Positions 63,301 to 64,000 of a stretch of DNA of 64,000 nt are shown one piece after another (the stretch's first letter is position 1; every line of letters begins with the position of its first letter). The notes below the pieces were generated by a model. It worked only from the letters and a program-made list of their open reading frames with translations. It ran no database searches and was not told the DNA's origin. The position numbers and the translations under genes were made by a program. Origin of the DNA: Callorhinchus milii (Eukaryota); assembly GCF_018977255.1 (NCBI RefSeq), contig NW_024704764.1:10478001-10542000 (forward strand), given 5' to 3'.

Positions 63301-64000
63301 CACTTTCGTTTTCACACTTTCTGTCTATTGCAATCTTTCTCCTTCTGTCTATCATACTTTCTCTCACTCTATTCCAATCTTTCTAACACTCTCTCTCTGT
63401 CGCATTCTTTCTCCTCTGTGTTGCAATCTTTCTTCTCTTTCGCACTTTCCCTCCCTATTCCAAACTTTCTCTTCTTTATTGCGCGTTCTCTCCATTTTAG
63501 TCTCTCACCTCTATCCTTCTATCAGAATCTTTCTCCTGTCTATTACAACCTTTGCCCTCTCTATCACTTTCTCTGTTACAAACTTTTCCCTCTCCATTAC
63601 TCTTTCTATCAGAATCTTTCTCCTTCTCTATCATACTTTGTCTCTCTCTATTCCAATCCTTCTAGCACTCTCTCTATCGCTCTCCTTCTGTCGCCCAATT
63701 TTCCTCTCACATTTCTTCTTTATCGCAATTTTTCTGCTTCTCTATTATACTTTTTCTCCTTCTTTCTAACACTTTCTCTCTCTATCAGAATCGAGGGACG
63801 TCCTCCTGACGTGAAAGGCGCTCTATAAATGGAATCTTGTTGTTGTTGTTGTTGTTGTTCTTTCTCTCAATCACACTTTATCTCTCTATTACAAACTTTG
63901 CCCTCTCTCTCACTTTCTGTCAGAATCTCTCTCCTCTCTATCACACATTTTCTCCGTTACAATCTTTCTTTCTCTCTATCACACTTTCTCTGTATCGCAG
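60382..64000 (+). repeat. Complex pyrimidine-rich satellite, running off the window end
   Basis: Shuffled 17-23 bp monomers CTCTCTATCACACTTT, CTCTCTATTGCAATCTTTCTC, CTATCAGAATCTTTCTC and CTCTATTACAACCTTT. Confidence 0.95.
63794..63859 (+). mobile_element. Ultra-short L2 3'-tail insertion in the satellite
   Basis: GGGACGTCCTCCTGACGTGAAAGGCGCTCTATAAATGGAATC(TTG)n. Confidence 0.9.

Noticed and set aside
60276-63828. Long ORFs (up to 419 aa) rich in S, L, F and Y
   Set aside because: They overlap in all three frames of a G-poor CT satellite that rarely forms stop codons. There is no domain or splice structure.

Overview
Vertebrate genomic DNA, most likely from a cartilaginous fish (holocephalan/shark type). 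The taxon is inferred from compact introns plus L2/CR1 LINEs and Deu-type tRNA SINEs and is not proven. The window holds two + strand spliced genes. MAP3K3 (MEKK3) has 15 coding exons at 1241-20117; its exon 1 (ATG-G) lies upstream, and the predicted protein is 626 aa. A repeat-poor ~7 kb probable 3' UTR follows. A CpG-rich promoter with two VNTRs then precedes CCDC47 (12 coding exons at 30961-41282, 481 aa). After a 30-N gap (43824-43853), the segment 31764-43823 is repeated almost base-for-base at 43925-56003, including CCDC47 exons 4-13. Indels cluster on both sides of the gap and the other differences look allelic, so this is most likely an uncollapsed-haplotype false duplication. The last 8 kb hold SINEs, candidate decayed exons in a diverged ~380-bp duplicate, a TG-rich tract and a 3.6-kb complex CT-rich satellite. 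I found no convincing novel multi-gene system. The findings concern assembly structure, local gene order, repeat biology and a possible unannotated decayed gene.
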